From the NCBI GenBank assembly GCA_004764695.1, contig SMSO01000035.1, positions 4,600,040-4,664,039 on the forward strand: a stretch of 64,000 nucleotides of DNA, written 5' to 3'. A program made the translations under genes and the position numbers. Positions 10,822 through 25,000 of this stretch are shown here, one piece after another (within the stretch, counting starts at the first letter, position 1; each line of letters starts with the position of its first letter). The notes under the pieces are model-generated. The model had not been told where the DNA came from. It saw only the letters and a list, made by a program, of their open reading frames with translations, and made no database searches. The DNA is from Schizochytrium sp. TIO01 (taxonomy: Eukaryota > Protista > Bigyra: Labyrinthulomycetes).

Positions 10822-12696
10822 GGTTGCCCAGAATGTGTGAAGGACAGAGTAAGGCAATTAAGAACTCGGTATAGTTTTGATTGACGCAAGCTCAACTCTA
10901 TTCCCCGTAAACTGCGCGATGCAACACTGTATAGCAGCTATGATAGCAAAGTAGTCAACTCAATAAATGTTCTTTGCCTCACTCTAACCAGCGCGGTGCT
11001 TCACCTCAGATCGGTCACCTGGACGAATGCTTCTTTGATGCGACTCTGCAGTGTCGCACTCCTTGTCGAATCAGCACACGCCCGTTTATCACTGAGACAC
11101 CAAATAAGCACAAAAGTTGACCCTTCACTGCCCTTTCGTTGTTGCAAACCTGCGTCGCGAGGCAGTGGATAGGAAGTCGATCGGGATTTGCTGGCTCAAG
11201 TACTACTTCTGTTCCCACCTGCATACCTACTTGCGTTGTGAAACATTTAAAAGGCACTGCACTGAATATCGAAAGTTCGGCCAGAACGAAGGTAAGCAAG
11301 GCATGAGTAGATACAAGATTAGTAAGCATAGTTTAACTACATTGTGTGATAATAAGCACCCAAAGGCTATCTTCAAAACTTGTAGCAATTTACATGAGCA
11401 GGGAGGACAGAGGTGGAGAACTCTTATTATTTAGCCTATCTGCTGATTGCATCGAACTGGGGACAGGTGGTCAAAGATTACCTAGGTACACGAAAACGAA
11501 AGAAATCAAGAATATTGATGAATGAATGCGTGCATACAGGATCAATCACAGAAGAAAAAAAATCACGATGGAGTGGACGTAGCTTCGATGATTAAATTTC
11601 ATTTATCCTGAGTGGGTGTCTAAGAGATTTTATGAGGGCCTTGTTTTGATGTTCTACTAGGCTGAGGAGGTGGCTCTTTTCTTTTGCTTGAGGAAGATAT
11701 GAAGACATGGTGGGGAGGCCGAAACAGGGCCCGGAGAGGGAAGACAATCAGTTACGGTTACGCGAGGGGCTTTGAAAGGAGAATGCAATTGTGTAAAATA
11801 TCAACCTTTTGGCTTGCACAATCGGCGATGCTGTAAAGTTGTCAGGAACCTAGTTATCCACTAGAAAAGGAACTCTTCAAGAACCTCTCGTATATTGGGG
11901 CTTTGAAATCCTAGTAAAAGCTCTATAAAGGGGGGGAAGGGGGGGATGTAAAACTGGACCATGCAATGAGGAAGTAATTACAAAGAATCCTTTCTTGGGT
12001 ATAAACGAGATGACTTTTTGAATGTCAAAGTGAAGCATCAAGCAACGCAGGTCCACAAGAAGCATTTAGACCGAAGAGTTAAATGGGTAATACTAGACAG
12101 GTACTGGAGAAAACTTCATAATCGACATAAACTACGTTGTACAAGACTTTCGAGACGAGCCAAATGAACCATGGTAGACATTAATGAACTTATGAAGAAA
12201 CCAAGGCATAATCTTCAAGATCACAGTAACTAGCCATGAAAAAAATCAAAAAAACATATCAAGAGAATGTTTCCAAAGCAAACAACATAAAATGAAATTG
12301 GGTCAAATACCAGTAGCAAAATCTAAAAAGATGATGGGTGTCAAAAAAAGCAGATCAGGTTTGGTAAGTACACCAGACGATAGTTTTCAAACTGGCTTGG
12401 CGCATCTAATCGCAACCAGGCCAACTATGTCTCGCCCTCATTATATCGGGCTGCGCACATGCAATTATTATTTGCAAGCAAAGACTTCCCTAGTGAAGTT
12501 AGCTCTACTTTGGCAATAAGCGCGGCGAGATTTCGATCAACAATGGGACGATCGCTGACAAAGCGTCGTAGGAAATGAATGTTGGTGATTGATGAGTGGC
12601 AATGATGAAGAGAAAGATTAGATATACTCTTCGAGCCAAGAAGGTCCTGCACAAGAACTGGGTTCTCTTGACAAAGAAATAAACAGAATCTCCTTT

Positions 12697-14961
12697 TTAC
12701 AAGGCCATGGCAACCAAGACAGCAGCGATCAGAGAGACGCCGCCGATATAGTTGTTCCGTACAGCAGAGGAAGGTGAGCTTCCACCTTGGCCATCGTCAG
12801 TTGAAGCGACAGATGGTGCAAAGGTTGGCGCGGCACTCTCGCCGGGACTGGTTGGCGCAGGGGTCGCTTCATTTGTAGGAGACGCAGTCTCGCCAACTTC
12901 CGTAGGTTCAGACGTGGGTTCTGGAGTGGGTGCAGTAGTAGGTGTTGACGAAGGGGTACCAGTGGAAGGAGCATTAGTTGGTGAAAAGGTAATGTCGCTA
13001 CCAGTGCCCGTGCTAATGGATGCGATGCGCGCGATATCATAACAAACGTTATTGTAAGACTTGCATTCGTCAGCAGCATCACAGGCGGTGGAGTTGCCGT
13101 CAAAAGCTGAGCACTTGCTTCGACTATAACAAACATTGTCCACAGTCATGCAGTGAGCCTCAGCATTGCATGTTGAGCCGGCGGCCAATGTGGAGCAGTT
13201 CAGATACTTGGCACGAATGTAGCCAGACATGGTACTCACAATATCGGCATAGTCAGTGAGATTTGCCAGATTTGTCAACTCAAAGTCATCTGTGTCGTGG
13301 TCATACAGTTCCTGGCGTCCCTCAGGGAGGCCATCTGCAAAATCAACTGCTTCTGCTTCATCACTCCACGGCCACCACTCGGTATAACGGTAGCGTTCAG
13401 TGCGAACACTAAGGCCCATGCTGTCGAAAGTAAGAACGACGTCGCATACTGTTTTGTAACCAGAGGAGTTGAAGCAGGCAGGCTGAACTGAGAAGGCGGA
13501 CTCGACAGGGTATCCCCAGCTGTGTCCTTCTGCACTTCCGAGACGCTGGATGACCTCTGCGGTTTCCTCACTGATTGCGTTTCTGAAGTAGTCGGAAGCC
13601 CTGGAGACACCGGTAATGACGTAATCTTCGTATTCACTCATGGAGATGGGAATACCTGCGAGATCAGCAAGCGTAGGGAAAAGGTCCACAAGGGAAAGGA
13701 AGGATCTGTGGCTGTGCGTTTTTGCCTTAGTCTGGGTTGCACGAGGATCACGGATCCACGCAGGAACACGAGTAGTGAGCTCGTACTCACTGCGTTTGCA
13801 CCATGCGCCGTGCTCTCCGAGGCTCCAGCCATGATCTGCGACGATAGCAACAACGGTGTCGTTTTCCATACCCTCTGAAACAAGCTCGTCAAGAATCTTG
13901 CCAATGTGAGCATCAACATAGTGAATTGCAGCAAAGTAGCCAAGGCTCACGTAATCAACCATATCTGAAGGCTCGGAGTTGGGCGAGTTGTAGTCATCGT
14001 AACTTGCCAGGTTGGGGCAAACACTGTAGGCTTCTGCAGGGACTTCAGCGCCTGGAATTTCGTAGAGATTGTCAGGTGCGTTAGGTGTATGGAGGTCAAC
14101 ATCTGCGTACTCACTACTAGAGAGTCCAAGAAGCTCAAGAACATCTTCATAGTGGTTTGAAGGGACCCAAAATGGGAGATGCGGGCGGTGGAAGCCAACA
14201 GCCATAAACCACGGCGTACCAGCGGTATTCTTGTTCTTGAGAGCGGACATTTTGTTAATGGCCCACTTGGAGCTGACAACGTCAACAAGGGTGTTACTGA
14301 TAGGCGACGTACTGGGCACCTTGCACACAAGGTTGTTATCGCAGGACGGCTTTGTGGTTGGGGACCGAGACGGTTCAGATTCGTAGTCGGCGTTGACATT
14401 GTCGAAGGCCTCATTGTTAGTAGCAACGTAGTGGAAGATTTTCGAGACACCTGCGATGTAGTAGTCGTTGTCGTAGAACCAGTCGGTGATGAGCAGGTTC
14501 TCACCACTGAAAAGCACAGCATCCTCGTTACTGCTGTCGGTGTTAGTGTGATAGGCCAGCGACATGGGATCGCGGGCAGTCAAGAAAGATGCTCTTGAGG
14601 GTCCGCACAGTGACTCTTGCGTGTAGGCGTAGTCGAATTGCTGCGCGGCATATTGGCTGGCCCAGGAGTCAATTTCCGGCGTCAAGTCCCATGTTTTGTT
14701 GTAGGACTTGGATTCGGGGCGCATATCGTCAACAACGATGAGCAGGACATTGAGAAGGTCTGAGGTCGATGTTGAGGCAGCCTTTCGCCTGGCCTGTAGT
14801 GTGGACCTTGATTTCCAGTAGGCCTGTCTATCGTTCTCACCGTCAAAGTTGTCGTTGGTGAAGTCCTCTTCCAGGGCATGGCAGCCTGCGAAGCTTGACG
14901 AGGCCACTGCAAGCAGCGCCAGGACGACCGATGCGGCCTTCCATGTTGTGGGAGTATTCAT
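12697..14961 (-). CDS. Secreted, probably GPI-anchored type I sulfatase (iduronate-2-sulfatase/choline-sulfatase-like)
   Basis: Signal peptide, NVLLIVVDDMR, formylglycine motif CGPSRASFLTAR, GFHRPHLP and ADHGWSLGEHG. These are followed by a Cys-rich segment, a Pro/Thr stalk and a hydrophobic C-terminus. Confidence 0.92.
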   Translation of the reverse strand: MNTPTTWKAASVVLALLAVASSSFAGCHALEEDFTNDNFDGENDRQAYWKSRSTLQARRKAASTSTSDLLNVLLIVVDDMRPESKSYNKTWDLTPEIDSWASQYAAQQFDYAYTQESLCGPSRASFLTARDPMSLAYHTNTDSSNEDAVLFSGENLLITDWFYDNDYYIAGVSKIFHYVATNNEAFDNVNADYESEPSRSPTTKPSCDNNLVCKVPSTSPISNTLVDVVSSKWAINKMSALKNKNTAGTPWFMAVGFHRPHLPFWVPSNHYEDVLELLGLSSSEYADVDLHTPNAPDNLYEIPGAEVPAEAYSVCPNLASYDDYNSPNSEPSDMVDYVSLGYFAAIHYVDAHIGKILDELVSEGMENDTVVAIVADHGWSLGEHGAWCKRSEYELTTRVPAWIRDPRATQTKAKTHSHRSFLSLVDLFPTLADLAGIPISMSEYEDYVITGVSRASDYFRNAISEETAEVIQRLGSAEGHSWGYPVESAFSVQPACFNSSGYKTVCDVVLTFDSMGLSVRTERYRYTEWWPWSDEAEAVDFADGLPEGRQELYDHDTDDFELTNLANLTDYADIVSTMSGYIRAKYLNCSTLAAGSTCNAEAHCMTVDNVCYSRSKCSAFDGNSTACDAADECKSYNNVCYDIARIASISTGTGSDITFSPTNAPSTGTPSSTPTTAPTPEPTSEPTEVGETASPTNEATPAPTSPGESAAPTFAPSVASTDDGQGGSSPSSAVRNNYIGGVSLIAAVLVAMAL

Positions 14962-15564
14962 CTTTCGACCACTTTGATGATGGTCTCTGCGGTTGCTCTC
15001 GCTACTGCGATCACCGCAATTCCAGTTTTGCCGTGTGCTCGGAGTCTTTTTCTGCGCGAGTCGAATCGATCGTCATAATTATTCCAATCCTTCACATTTC
15101 TATTATCTTAAAAACATTTTTAACTTTGTGTGCTGTTTAATTCATTCCTCGAGTTAAGTAAAGGAAAAAGAAAAGGGAAAAGAAGTGGCGGTTCTAGCAC
15201 CTTTTTATAGTACAGCATAAGACAAGGTCTTTAAAACTCCTCTTTTTTCATTCCAAAAATATAAATAAATATTCAAAAACTCCAATCCTTTATTTTAAAC
15301 TAAAATGAAAGATGAAGTACAATTGCAATAACTTCGTGATTGAGCCATCATCCTCCAAAAAGAAGAATGGCACATGGCAACACCACAACGCAGCGCAGCG
15401 CCGCCTTTTCGAAGTCCTTTCCTACTTATCAACGCAGAAGATTCTGCGAAGAGTCACCCCAAAGCCGATGGCGCTTGTCATGGATCTCCTGAGAACTGAC
15501 TCATCGACGCATTCTTCTTCTTCAACTCGCCCAAAACTTTGGTTTCCCTTCAAGTTGGCCTAAA

Positions 15565-15608
15565 AATGAATGAATGAATGAATGAATGAATGAATGAATG
15601 AATGAATG
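15565..15608. repeat. (ATGA)n microsatellite
   Basis: About 11 perfect ATGA units read directly. Confidence 0.95.
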
Positions 15609-18600
15609 CACTCCTCGCCGGCGAAGAAGAAGTTTGCCGTACTCAACGCTGGCGCGACAGCTTTTTTCGAGGACCTCAGGAGCAGCAGAGCGCGACCGTC
15701 GCTTGATCGCAGAAGAAACCAACGAGAAGGCACAGAAACAATGAAGTGCGTGAATGAGAAGACGCGGAGAACCAGAGAAGAGAACGAGAAGAAGCGAACA
15801 GATGGCTGGCCCCAGAAAGTATTTTGCTTTAGTCTACTTTAGTTTAGTTTATTTTACTTTAGTTTAGTTTATTTTTCTTCTTTCAGCGACTCTAAAGAGA
15901 ATCTATTAGTCTAACTTTGAAAATTATAAATTAAAAACCACATAGGAAAAATGAAAAATAAAAAATGAATTCAGGATGATTTCTTTCGTGAGGATTGAAA
16001 TGAATGAGAGAAAACGATATCTCCAAAGGTTTTTCGTTCTTTTAACTTAAACTCAATACGTAAAAGAGGGAATCATGGTACTTACCGTGTTGACGAGAAT
16101 TGCTTTTCTGTTTTAAAATTTTAGACATAGAGCTGGCTATTGCATATACTAGCCTCTCGTTTAAAAACAATTATTTTAAATTATTTTAAAATGAATTGAA
16201 GAGAGAAAAGAGTTTCTCTGCGTTTGGCAAGTGTGACCGACTCGCAGCCTGACAGTGGCAATGGGAAGGTTCAATAAACTGCTTAGAGACACATAGAGAA
16301 AGAGTCAGGCTTCCAACCTCCAAGCGTGGCCCTACCAAACGAAGCTGTTGAAGTCCATCGTGGATCAGTTCTTCGTTGGTTTCGACGTCTCGTTGAATTG
16401 GCGTATTCTGACGAGTGCATCAGTCAACCTTTTCGTGCTTTTGCTAAAACCAATTCAATTAGTCCATGAAACTTATGAATATCACTCGCCCATTCATTCA
16501 TTCATTAAAATACTCAATTTTTCGTTTATTCATTTATTCATTTATTCATTTATTCATTTATTCATATATTCAGCGTCGCGCCTACGCATAATAAGTCGAG
16601 CGAGCGATTGGACAGGCGGAGTTCCCTTTTGAAGGAAGAGCTCTTCAAGAATCTCGACTGCTCTGCTCTGCTCTGCTCTGCTTTGCTTTGGTGCTTTTCA
16701 TCACGACTTCACAATTAAACAAACCAAACATCTTGAATCCTGAAACACCCAAATCTCGTCTTCGTTCAACAAGAAGAGAGCTAAGAGAGCTTGAGTGTTA
16801 TGAGATGTCCAAGTTATATTCTTTGTTTATAGATTGATTGATCGATTGATCGATTGGTTGATATCTCGTTGGATCTACTTTCTGCGATCTCCTCAAAACC
16901 CCAGAGCTGTCCAAGTACTCCGCGTTCTCTTCGTAATCGCTCTGGCTCCCGCTTGAGTCGCCTTCGAAACACTTAATGAGCCGTAAATGGTTCCCTTCAA
17001 CAGCATGAGGGTAAACTAATTATCATTACTTGTTCCCTACCTTTGAGCTGTTTATTTCACTTTAAAATTAATTACAAAATAAAACCATTAACAATAATAA
17101 TAATAAAAGATGATGGGTATTTGGCCTTGAGTTCTTTTCACTTCTTTCTTTGCATGTAAAAGTGAGTGAGAACTAACTCTTAAGGGCTTCTTCGCTCGCT
17201 TGTTTGACTTCTTTTTGTCTTTGCCTTTGTTTTCCGGTTATTCGGTCGACTGATTCTCGTTAGAGTTTCGGAACCGAAGGAGAAAGTGGACCTTGACGAG
17301 GACTTGGCCATCATTTGGGAGCGAAGAGGCGTTTGGTCTGAGGCACGCTAACGTGTAATGTGCGGTCGAGCATCTCCAAACCAAATCGCAGTAGAAGATG
17401 TACCTCTCTAGCTCGAGTGCGCCACCGCATCACGACGCTTAAAGAAACGTTTTTCCGCATCTGAATACTACCAAAGTCACTTTTCCTTCCATCATTCATT
17501 CCATCATTCATTCATTCATTCATTCATTCAAAACTCTTTCCTTAAAACGTTTTATAAAGATCCGCCGACATCAGTTCTCTTAGTTCAAAATGAACTTTGG
17601 GAAAGCTGGCCCTGTTATGTCCACTCAAGACGAACGAGCCTAAGAACAAACCGCGCAGATCCTCATTACGGTCCACGGATCGATGCTCTTCCGCGTAGGA
17701 TCCTCGAATACCTGCTCCGTCAAAGAATGCGACCTCCAAGAAAGCGAGGATCCCACTCTTTGAAAGTTTTCTCGTCGACGCTATCGCAAAACCGTATAAC
17801 AACAGCATAGGGACCACTACTACTACTACTAGTATTACTAATGCTGCTATTATCATTATTAGTAGCACTACTACTTGGTACCTAGTTGCCGTACCATTCC
17901 GCGGCTCTTCCTCCCGTTCAGCCTCTGAAAGAGAACAGAACAGCGCGATTCTTTTGGCGTCTGCTTTCTTTTCTCCCCGAACGAATGACAGCGAAGGAAT
18001 TAGGTACTCGCTCGTGCATACTCCTAGGAGCCGCTCCGCCGAACGCGGTGCCTCCACACGTCAGCCTGGGGCCGAGCCCGCGCCACAGCATACGGCCCCG
18101 TCGCATCGCTTAAGGCTGTGTTTTCACTCAGAGTTGAGTTGTTGAACGCGCTGCGCTGTTCTTTAATGTTTGGGGTCATATGGAGACCAAATACTTACTT
18201 AAAGTGCGAGGCGAGCTCTGGGTTTCTTGGAGGCCTTTCAAAAGTCGGCGATTCCGTCTGCGCGGCAGCAGCAAATGAGACCCGAGGTTGTCCAAGATCG
18301 ATGTGGTCGGGGGCGATAACCATCCTGAGAGGTGCGTAATTCTTTGAGCAGGTTCGCAGCAGGATGGAATGGAATGGAATGGATTCAAGCGGATAAGGGC
18401 TTTCTACTGGAAAAGATGGCGCCCCGTAGCCGAGATAAACAAAGAGTGCTAGTGCCTGGATAACGAGGCCTAGGGCTTTTATCTTTTCTTTTCTTTTTTC
18501 TCTCTTTCACTTTCATGATTTATCCCTTTCCTTTTTTTTTAAATTAAAAATGAATCAATCAAACCACTCATCATAGGCCGATCTATCTATATTTGAACTG

Positions 18601-21600
18601 TAAAGAGCAAAATTGAGAAAAAGAATCATCATGTGATCTTTGGTTTTGTTTTTAAGTTTAAAATATAGACAACATCATCATTTAACAGCGCTAAAAACAG
18701 TGAAAAATGAGCATACCGTAACTTGTTCTTCTCTAGAGTACTAAAAACAGTGGAAAATGAAGGTAATATATTGTAACTTGAGGAAGGTGGAAAAAGGGCA
18801 AAACAAAGGTGGGAGGTGTGCGGAAGACAGATGGGGCTCCATTGGATTCGAGTCCAAGAACCGAGCCCAGCTTTGCTCAAGGCCAGCTCAAACCTTGGAG
18901 CCTGCCTGAGATTTCGAGGGTCTCAGAAACAGGTGCGATCTCGTGCAGCTGCTTCCGCGTTGGCCTTTCAGGGTTGTACCTATCGCCCAGGCCACAGCCG
19001 TGGTCCTTTTGCCAAGGTCAGGCACGTCGTTGTCACTGCCCGGCGGGTAGACGGTCTCCCTTTGATAGCAGTCACCTAGCGCCGACTAAGGTGGGCGTCG
19101 ATGCTGATACAGAATATCAAATCTTCAAAACGGCGACAGCAACGAAGAAGAATCTCGCTCAGCGAACCAGCTCACCTTAGAAGCTGGACGCACGCAGACA
19201 AACTCGCCGTGCAGCGAAACGATGGCGCGATGAGACCCGCTCTGAGCGGTCGGTTGCACTGGCTGGCGTGACCAAGGCTCCGAGATACAGGTTCTATCTA
19301 TCTCAAGATGATCAACTTTTTCGACTTCGCTCTTTTCATAAAGGTAAACAAAGAAACTCCAAAAGGCCTTTCTTAACTTAAATCTCGCCGAAGAAAAGAG
19401 CGACGAAGTTTCAATTCAATACGCTGCGCTTCTTGAGCCAGACGAAGGAGCAGCTGCAGCAGATTGCAGACTAAGATTGTAGCAGATTATGCATGAACGT
19501 GTTAATGCATCTATCACGGCGTCCTTGAAAGTCGCAGCAGGTGCTGTTCCACAGAGTTAGTTCGTGCGTGCGCCCAGCTGAATCGCCCTTTCTCCACTCA
19601 CTGTGAGCGGTAGAGTCGGCCGGTGCACACCCCCCTCATCCATGGCGATACTCGGTTCAGGATCTCAAGATCATCCTGAAACCCTGAAAGCAATCAACAG
19701 ATTGCACTGCATTGCATTGGACTGGGTACATTAACGTTTGGGGGAAATCACTCGAGAGCAAGGCGCCTTTCGCATGAGGGACATGAAGCAAGGACCGCGG
19801 ACCTTGCGGAATCGCCGTGACACGAGGCTCGCCGCCGGTTTCTTGCGTTCAGGGATCGCCAATACGAAGCTTGAAGAAGAGGCTGTGCTTTGCAGCACAG
19901 TCAAAGGCCAATTCGGTGAGAGCAATTCGTCGTCGATGAGGAGGATGTGTATCGGCTACGAGTATCGAAAGAGGCGTACATGTATGTCGCCCGCCGTGGA
20001 GCGTCAATGCACGGAGCTTTGCGATGATGATGGAGATGTCGCTGCTGTGTCTCGCTCACTCAGAGATTGCAGAATTGCAAGGTTCTGTCGGCATCCTGTT
20101 GCATCTCAACATCTCATTCATCATGGCACGAAATGAGGGCACATCGCGGAATGCTAGTTTGATCGGAGCTTTTCAGAAGACCACTTCTTTTCCTCTCGCT
20201 CTGAAAGCGGCGCCAAGTTCACGCAAGAAGACTCCGCGTGCTGAGATCTTGATCGTGCAGCTCGACCAGTCTGCGTCAGGAATCTCCACTCGAGACCGCC
20301 GCAAGACCCCGGCTTGAGCTGCGCTAAGCTCAAATTGCAATGAATCCCATACGCCGATCTGAAGCATTTCAACCACAGCTATTGCAGAGAACCGAAGGAC
20401 CCTCGAGTTTCCTTCGTCGATTGAGAGAGTATTCTTTTGGGCTTTTGGCGCCTTCACCGGAGCTGAGGAGGACTCAAAGGAGTGCTTGGCACTGAGGTGC
20501 GCGAAAGTCTAAACGGAGATTTTTATCGTCTAGTTTCTAACCGTTTCTTCTCAAAATTGAGGTCAGGAGGCTACAAATTAGTTCTTGTACTCTCGTGAAC
20601 TCGTTTTTCTGTCATGATGGCCTTTGTTCTACTTGTAATTGTAAAAAGGAAAACAGTATTTTTTTAATATAAAAAAATACTTTTAGTAGTACTAGTAAAC
20701 ATTTTTAATTTCATTTTTATTATTTTTATTAAAGTTAAACAACAACAATAATAATAATAAACCTCATCGGAGGTTCCTACTAGTACCACCTATCGATTGA
20801 TGCTAATAGTAATACTTTTTTTTAAAAGCATACTTTTGGAATCATATTTCAAAAAATATATATAGGAGAATTCTTTGTTAAAGTTCTTTCTTTTTTAATA
20901 TATAATATTTAATTAATTTTTTAAAGTAATAAGTTCTTCCAATGAGACCATGAATAGATGAAAAAGAAAAATGAAGCACTGAATTAAATAAACTTGATCG
21001 CCTTCCGTTTCTTAGTTCACTATTCTCCTTTTCCTACTTGATTCGGAGAATTCAGCTCGATGGAGGCCCACGACTCGCTGTCGCCTATCACGATGCCACC
21101 CTCATGTTCAGTGCTGGGCACAAAGTAATGGCGCGTGCCACTTCACCAGAAGCGGAAGGAAATGTGCGATGGATGGTAAAGTGAGGCTGGAGGGAAACAG
21201 CACTTGCCCTATGTGTGAACTTCAATGCAACTCATTCGCGATGCGCTTCGTTTGAGGTTCAGGAGCTTGGGCTACACGTTGAAATGGACTTCGGGAGCGA
21301 CGATGCATGTTCTGGCTTGAAGAGTTGGAATCCCCCGGCACCGAAACGTCAAGGTTGGCTGGGAGTGACGGACACCCTCTGGCTTGGTTGATCTTCAAGA
21401 TGCAGGAGAAGACCTCGTTGCAGTACCAGGCAGGAACTGGCCTTCAAGTTACTTCGTTATTCCTGGCCCGCTCGGCTGAGGGATCTAGGTTCCCCGCGAT
21501 CGTGCTCCCCAGGAGTGGGCCTGCTAAGCCTGCGAGTTATTATCAAGCCGATTTCTGACACGGCTGCTGCTGTGTAATCCTCTCGAGCGACCTAACAAGT

Positions 21601-21971
21601 TTGACCGCAGTTTTGGCCACCGAAAGAAAGTCTTTCCAGTACAAATAACCTCATTTCGCAAGGCCAGGAATCTGCGAGGAAACCCTGTGTTGTGTGCACC
21701 AGGCCTTCCGCAGCTTCCCCAGCCTTGCGCAAATCGCATGGCCGAGCACGGCAATTCAATCCATCAGCCAATCAATCGTCCAATCAGTCGATCATCCAAT
21801 CGGCCAATTGAATCGTTGGAAACTAGCTTCGAGATGGCATCTGCCGACGGAGATACTCGTATCCTCGACTCGCCTTCGCGTTCTGGCAACCAGCGCTGTA
21901 AGAGGTGGCGTTTATAACGCAAAACTTCCCTGAAGTTCCCGCCAGGGCCGCCATCGTTTTACTGCACATCG

Positions 21972-21972
<1 letters not shown>

Positions 21973-22019
<47 letters not shown>

Positions 22020-22032
22020 TCAATCAATCAAT
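21973..22032. repeat. (CAAT)n microsatellite
   Basis: About 15 CAAT units with one interruption. Confidence 0.95.
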
Positions 22033-25000
22033 CTCGGGCCCTCGAAGTCACCAAGGTACGTGCCGCCGGTCTCGAGCCCAGTCGATCTCCAAGCCGTGAG
22101 GCAGAATGGGAATGGAGGCGCCTTCGCGTTCACTGCTACTGCAACTGTGCAATCGCAAAGATTGCTCCGAGAGGCGTGATCTGTGGTGATGATGTTGTTT
22201 AATGCGGCACTTTCGAAACAGCGATGTGCACGCTTGTAGGGTGGCCTCAGCAGAGCAGCTCGAAGTAGGTACGGAGAAGGGAGTTAGTCAGTTAGTTGTC
22301 GATGCCGATCATTCGCTCTGCGGCTTGCCTCGACGACAGTCTGCAGTAGGACTCAGCAGAGCTCGACGAGCAAGCTTTGTTTGCAGATGTTTGCCGGTCG
22401 TGAATTAAGTCAACCAGGTTCAAAGGAGCAGGAGGTATTGGGTTTTCCGCTCACGACGAGGTTCTGTGTTCAGACTGTGTCCTAAATTTCCATCTTAGAA
22501 TGTCACGAACAGAGTCAAAGTGAAACTTTTTAATGTTTTTATTTATTTAATTTAAAAGAATAAAAACTCATAATCATAAAAAGGAACAAAAACTCTTTCC
22601 ATTTTCCATTTTTTTAATTACCATAGTTTAAGATTTTATTAAAATTAGAAGTAGAAATCCTATTCTTATTGCCTTTTAACTTTAAAAAACCTAATCCAAC
22701 TTTTAACTTATTTATTTTGGGGGAAGGATGCTGTAAAGGTAATGTGGATAGATCGAGCTGCCGTTAATTGATACCCTTCAGCCGTTAGTGCATCTGAGAA
22801 GATCTTCTACAGCGAGAACAGAATGAATGAGCGTAACTTCGATGTGACTTGAACATCGTACGAAGTCCGCTGACTTTTGATACGATCTTTGAGACCTCCT
22901 CGTGAAAACTGCCTCGCGAGATCCTGCAACGGAAGCTGCCTGAATCAGCTCAAAGCCAGCCGATTGAGAATACGTTGTGAGCTGCCAACCTGCAGCAGCC
23001 ATATGGTCGGTCTCGGTAGCGTTCACGAAGATCTTCGCTCGTCGAGCGATCGTCCTCGACTTTTGCTGCCTTGAATCAAAAGCGGAGGAGTTCACCATTT
23101 TTCACGCATCGAGGTCACCAAAATAGACGGCAAAATACGCAGCGGTCACAAGTGACACCTAGACAAATTCCAGCAATCCACGACCTCCAAGACCGGCGGC
23201 GACGTCGAACGGGCTGCGAGATACCCGCACCTTGCCCTTGCCGCAGTCAGCCGAGGCCTCATCCTCGACCCCTGCGCGTCTGCCTGCCTTGCGGCGAGTG
23301 GCAGGCCTCCCTCTTCCCGAGCCCAGACAGACAGACAGCAACGAAAGCCAAGTCACTCATGCGCAAGAAGTCAAAGCGAGCCACCATCTTTCGAGCTGGC
23401 CGGCTGGTCTCCAGACGAAAAGGAGGCACCGCATTGGTCCAAACTCCTCCCTCGGGCTGCCTTGAGCGCTGTGCTCTGCCTTTGCGAAACCGAGGCTGAG
23501 GTCGGCGGCCGCGGTTCACGCATGGTGATGCATCATCTCTCGCGCGGAAACTGGCTGCCTCATCGGCGGATCACAGCTGACCGCGCGAAAGACCGAGCCG
23601 TCGAACGCAGGCGTGCTCGTCCGCGACCCGCCCAACTGGCAGTTGGGTGCCGGCTGGCCACGCGAGTAAGCGAGCGAGGGTTTAGCTCGAAGCTCGGCAT
23701 CGGCAGGCCTGCCTACCCGCAGGATGAAAGCCTCGCGATGCCATCGACCATCGCGAGAACTCAAGAACTCACTCAAGCGAAGAACCCACTCGAGCGAAGA
23801 ACTCGGAGACCTTGCTTTCTTTCCTGGGCAGGTACCGCGAGACGGATCGAACGTGTGGTGTGGCGGGAGGAGCCGCGGCGGCGGTGTAGCCAGCGCTCCG
23901 GAGTGCCAATGGGGAAGTTGCGCGGCTCGAGAGTCTTGCGAGAGACCAGCTCTGGTGCGCGATGGATGGATGGGCTTGGTAGCTAGCTAGCTATGGACCT
24001 TGCGGCGCTTCTTCAGCTTGGGTCAAGTGTGATCACGGCGAGGATGGCTCGAAGGAACTTGGCCGCTGCGGAGAACGCTGACTACTTGGCCAACGCGAGG
24101 CTGAGGCGCGCTTTCTCGCAGTTCTCATGCTGTGAGATGACGGACGATCGGTCGATCGTCGATCGATCGATCGCCATCTTTTACAACCAAAAGTTCGAGT
24201 TGGCATTTTCATTTTGTAAAAAAAACAACAAACAATTAAAAAAAACAATCAAACAATCAAACAATAAAATAATAATAATACTAATAATCAGCTCTGTCTT
24301 TCAGTCTTCCTTTCGTTCTCTTTCTGTTTGGGGTTGAGTGGTGCAGGATGAATGAAGTGAGCGAGAGGCGCGATAAAGGCGTTGGCGCGATCGCACTGAT
24401 CATGCTATCGCTTGCGCATCGCCGAACGGTGTACTTGCCGAGTGCTGAGGAGAATGGAATTGAATTGAATCAGAATCGCCGCCACGGGCATTGCAACGCT
24501 GTTGGATGGAGTTTATTCAATCGATCACTCATTCGTTGCTTTCTCACTTACGTACCTACTTTCTTTCTTATTTGTTTCGTTTCGATACTCTAAACAAGGA
24601 GAACTAATCTCAGAGTTTGCTGGCTTCAGCTGCTTTGGATTGTTTGCCAGATCCTTCAACTCGCTCACGGGAAGTGCAGTCTATGGACGTTGGGTCTGAA
24701 TCACAGGTCTCGCAACTGTATGCATTGAATCGCTCCAAATAGAAATGCAGAATTATGGCTGCGTCAGGTCGCTTCTGCTTGTAGATCAGTTGTGAGCCAC
24801 TGAGGCTGTAATAGAAGCCTGAAGTTGTGCTCTTAACTGGGGATAGTTGACGAATTTGACGTTGGCTCCTCGGTACCTCGTGGGTTTCAAGACCAGATGC
24901 TGCAGCAATTGACTTGGGGAAGGTGCCTTCCAACTTGAAAGCATTTATAGCCATGAGTGACTGGTTGATTTGGCCTGGGTTTTGCCCAGATTGCTCGAAG

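Noticed and set aside
17542-18057. 171-aa ORF with a hydrophobic stretch
   Set aside because: The hydrophobic run derives from an (ACT)n/(ATT)n low-complexity tract, the start is non-ATG, and there is no motif.
24141-24175. GATC-rich palindromes (also the 16-bp palindrome at 58563-58578)
   Set aside because: Explained by self-complementary simple repeats such as (GATC)n and (CTAG)n, which are common throughout this window.
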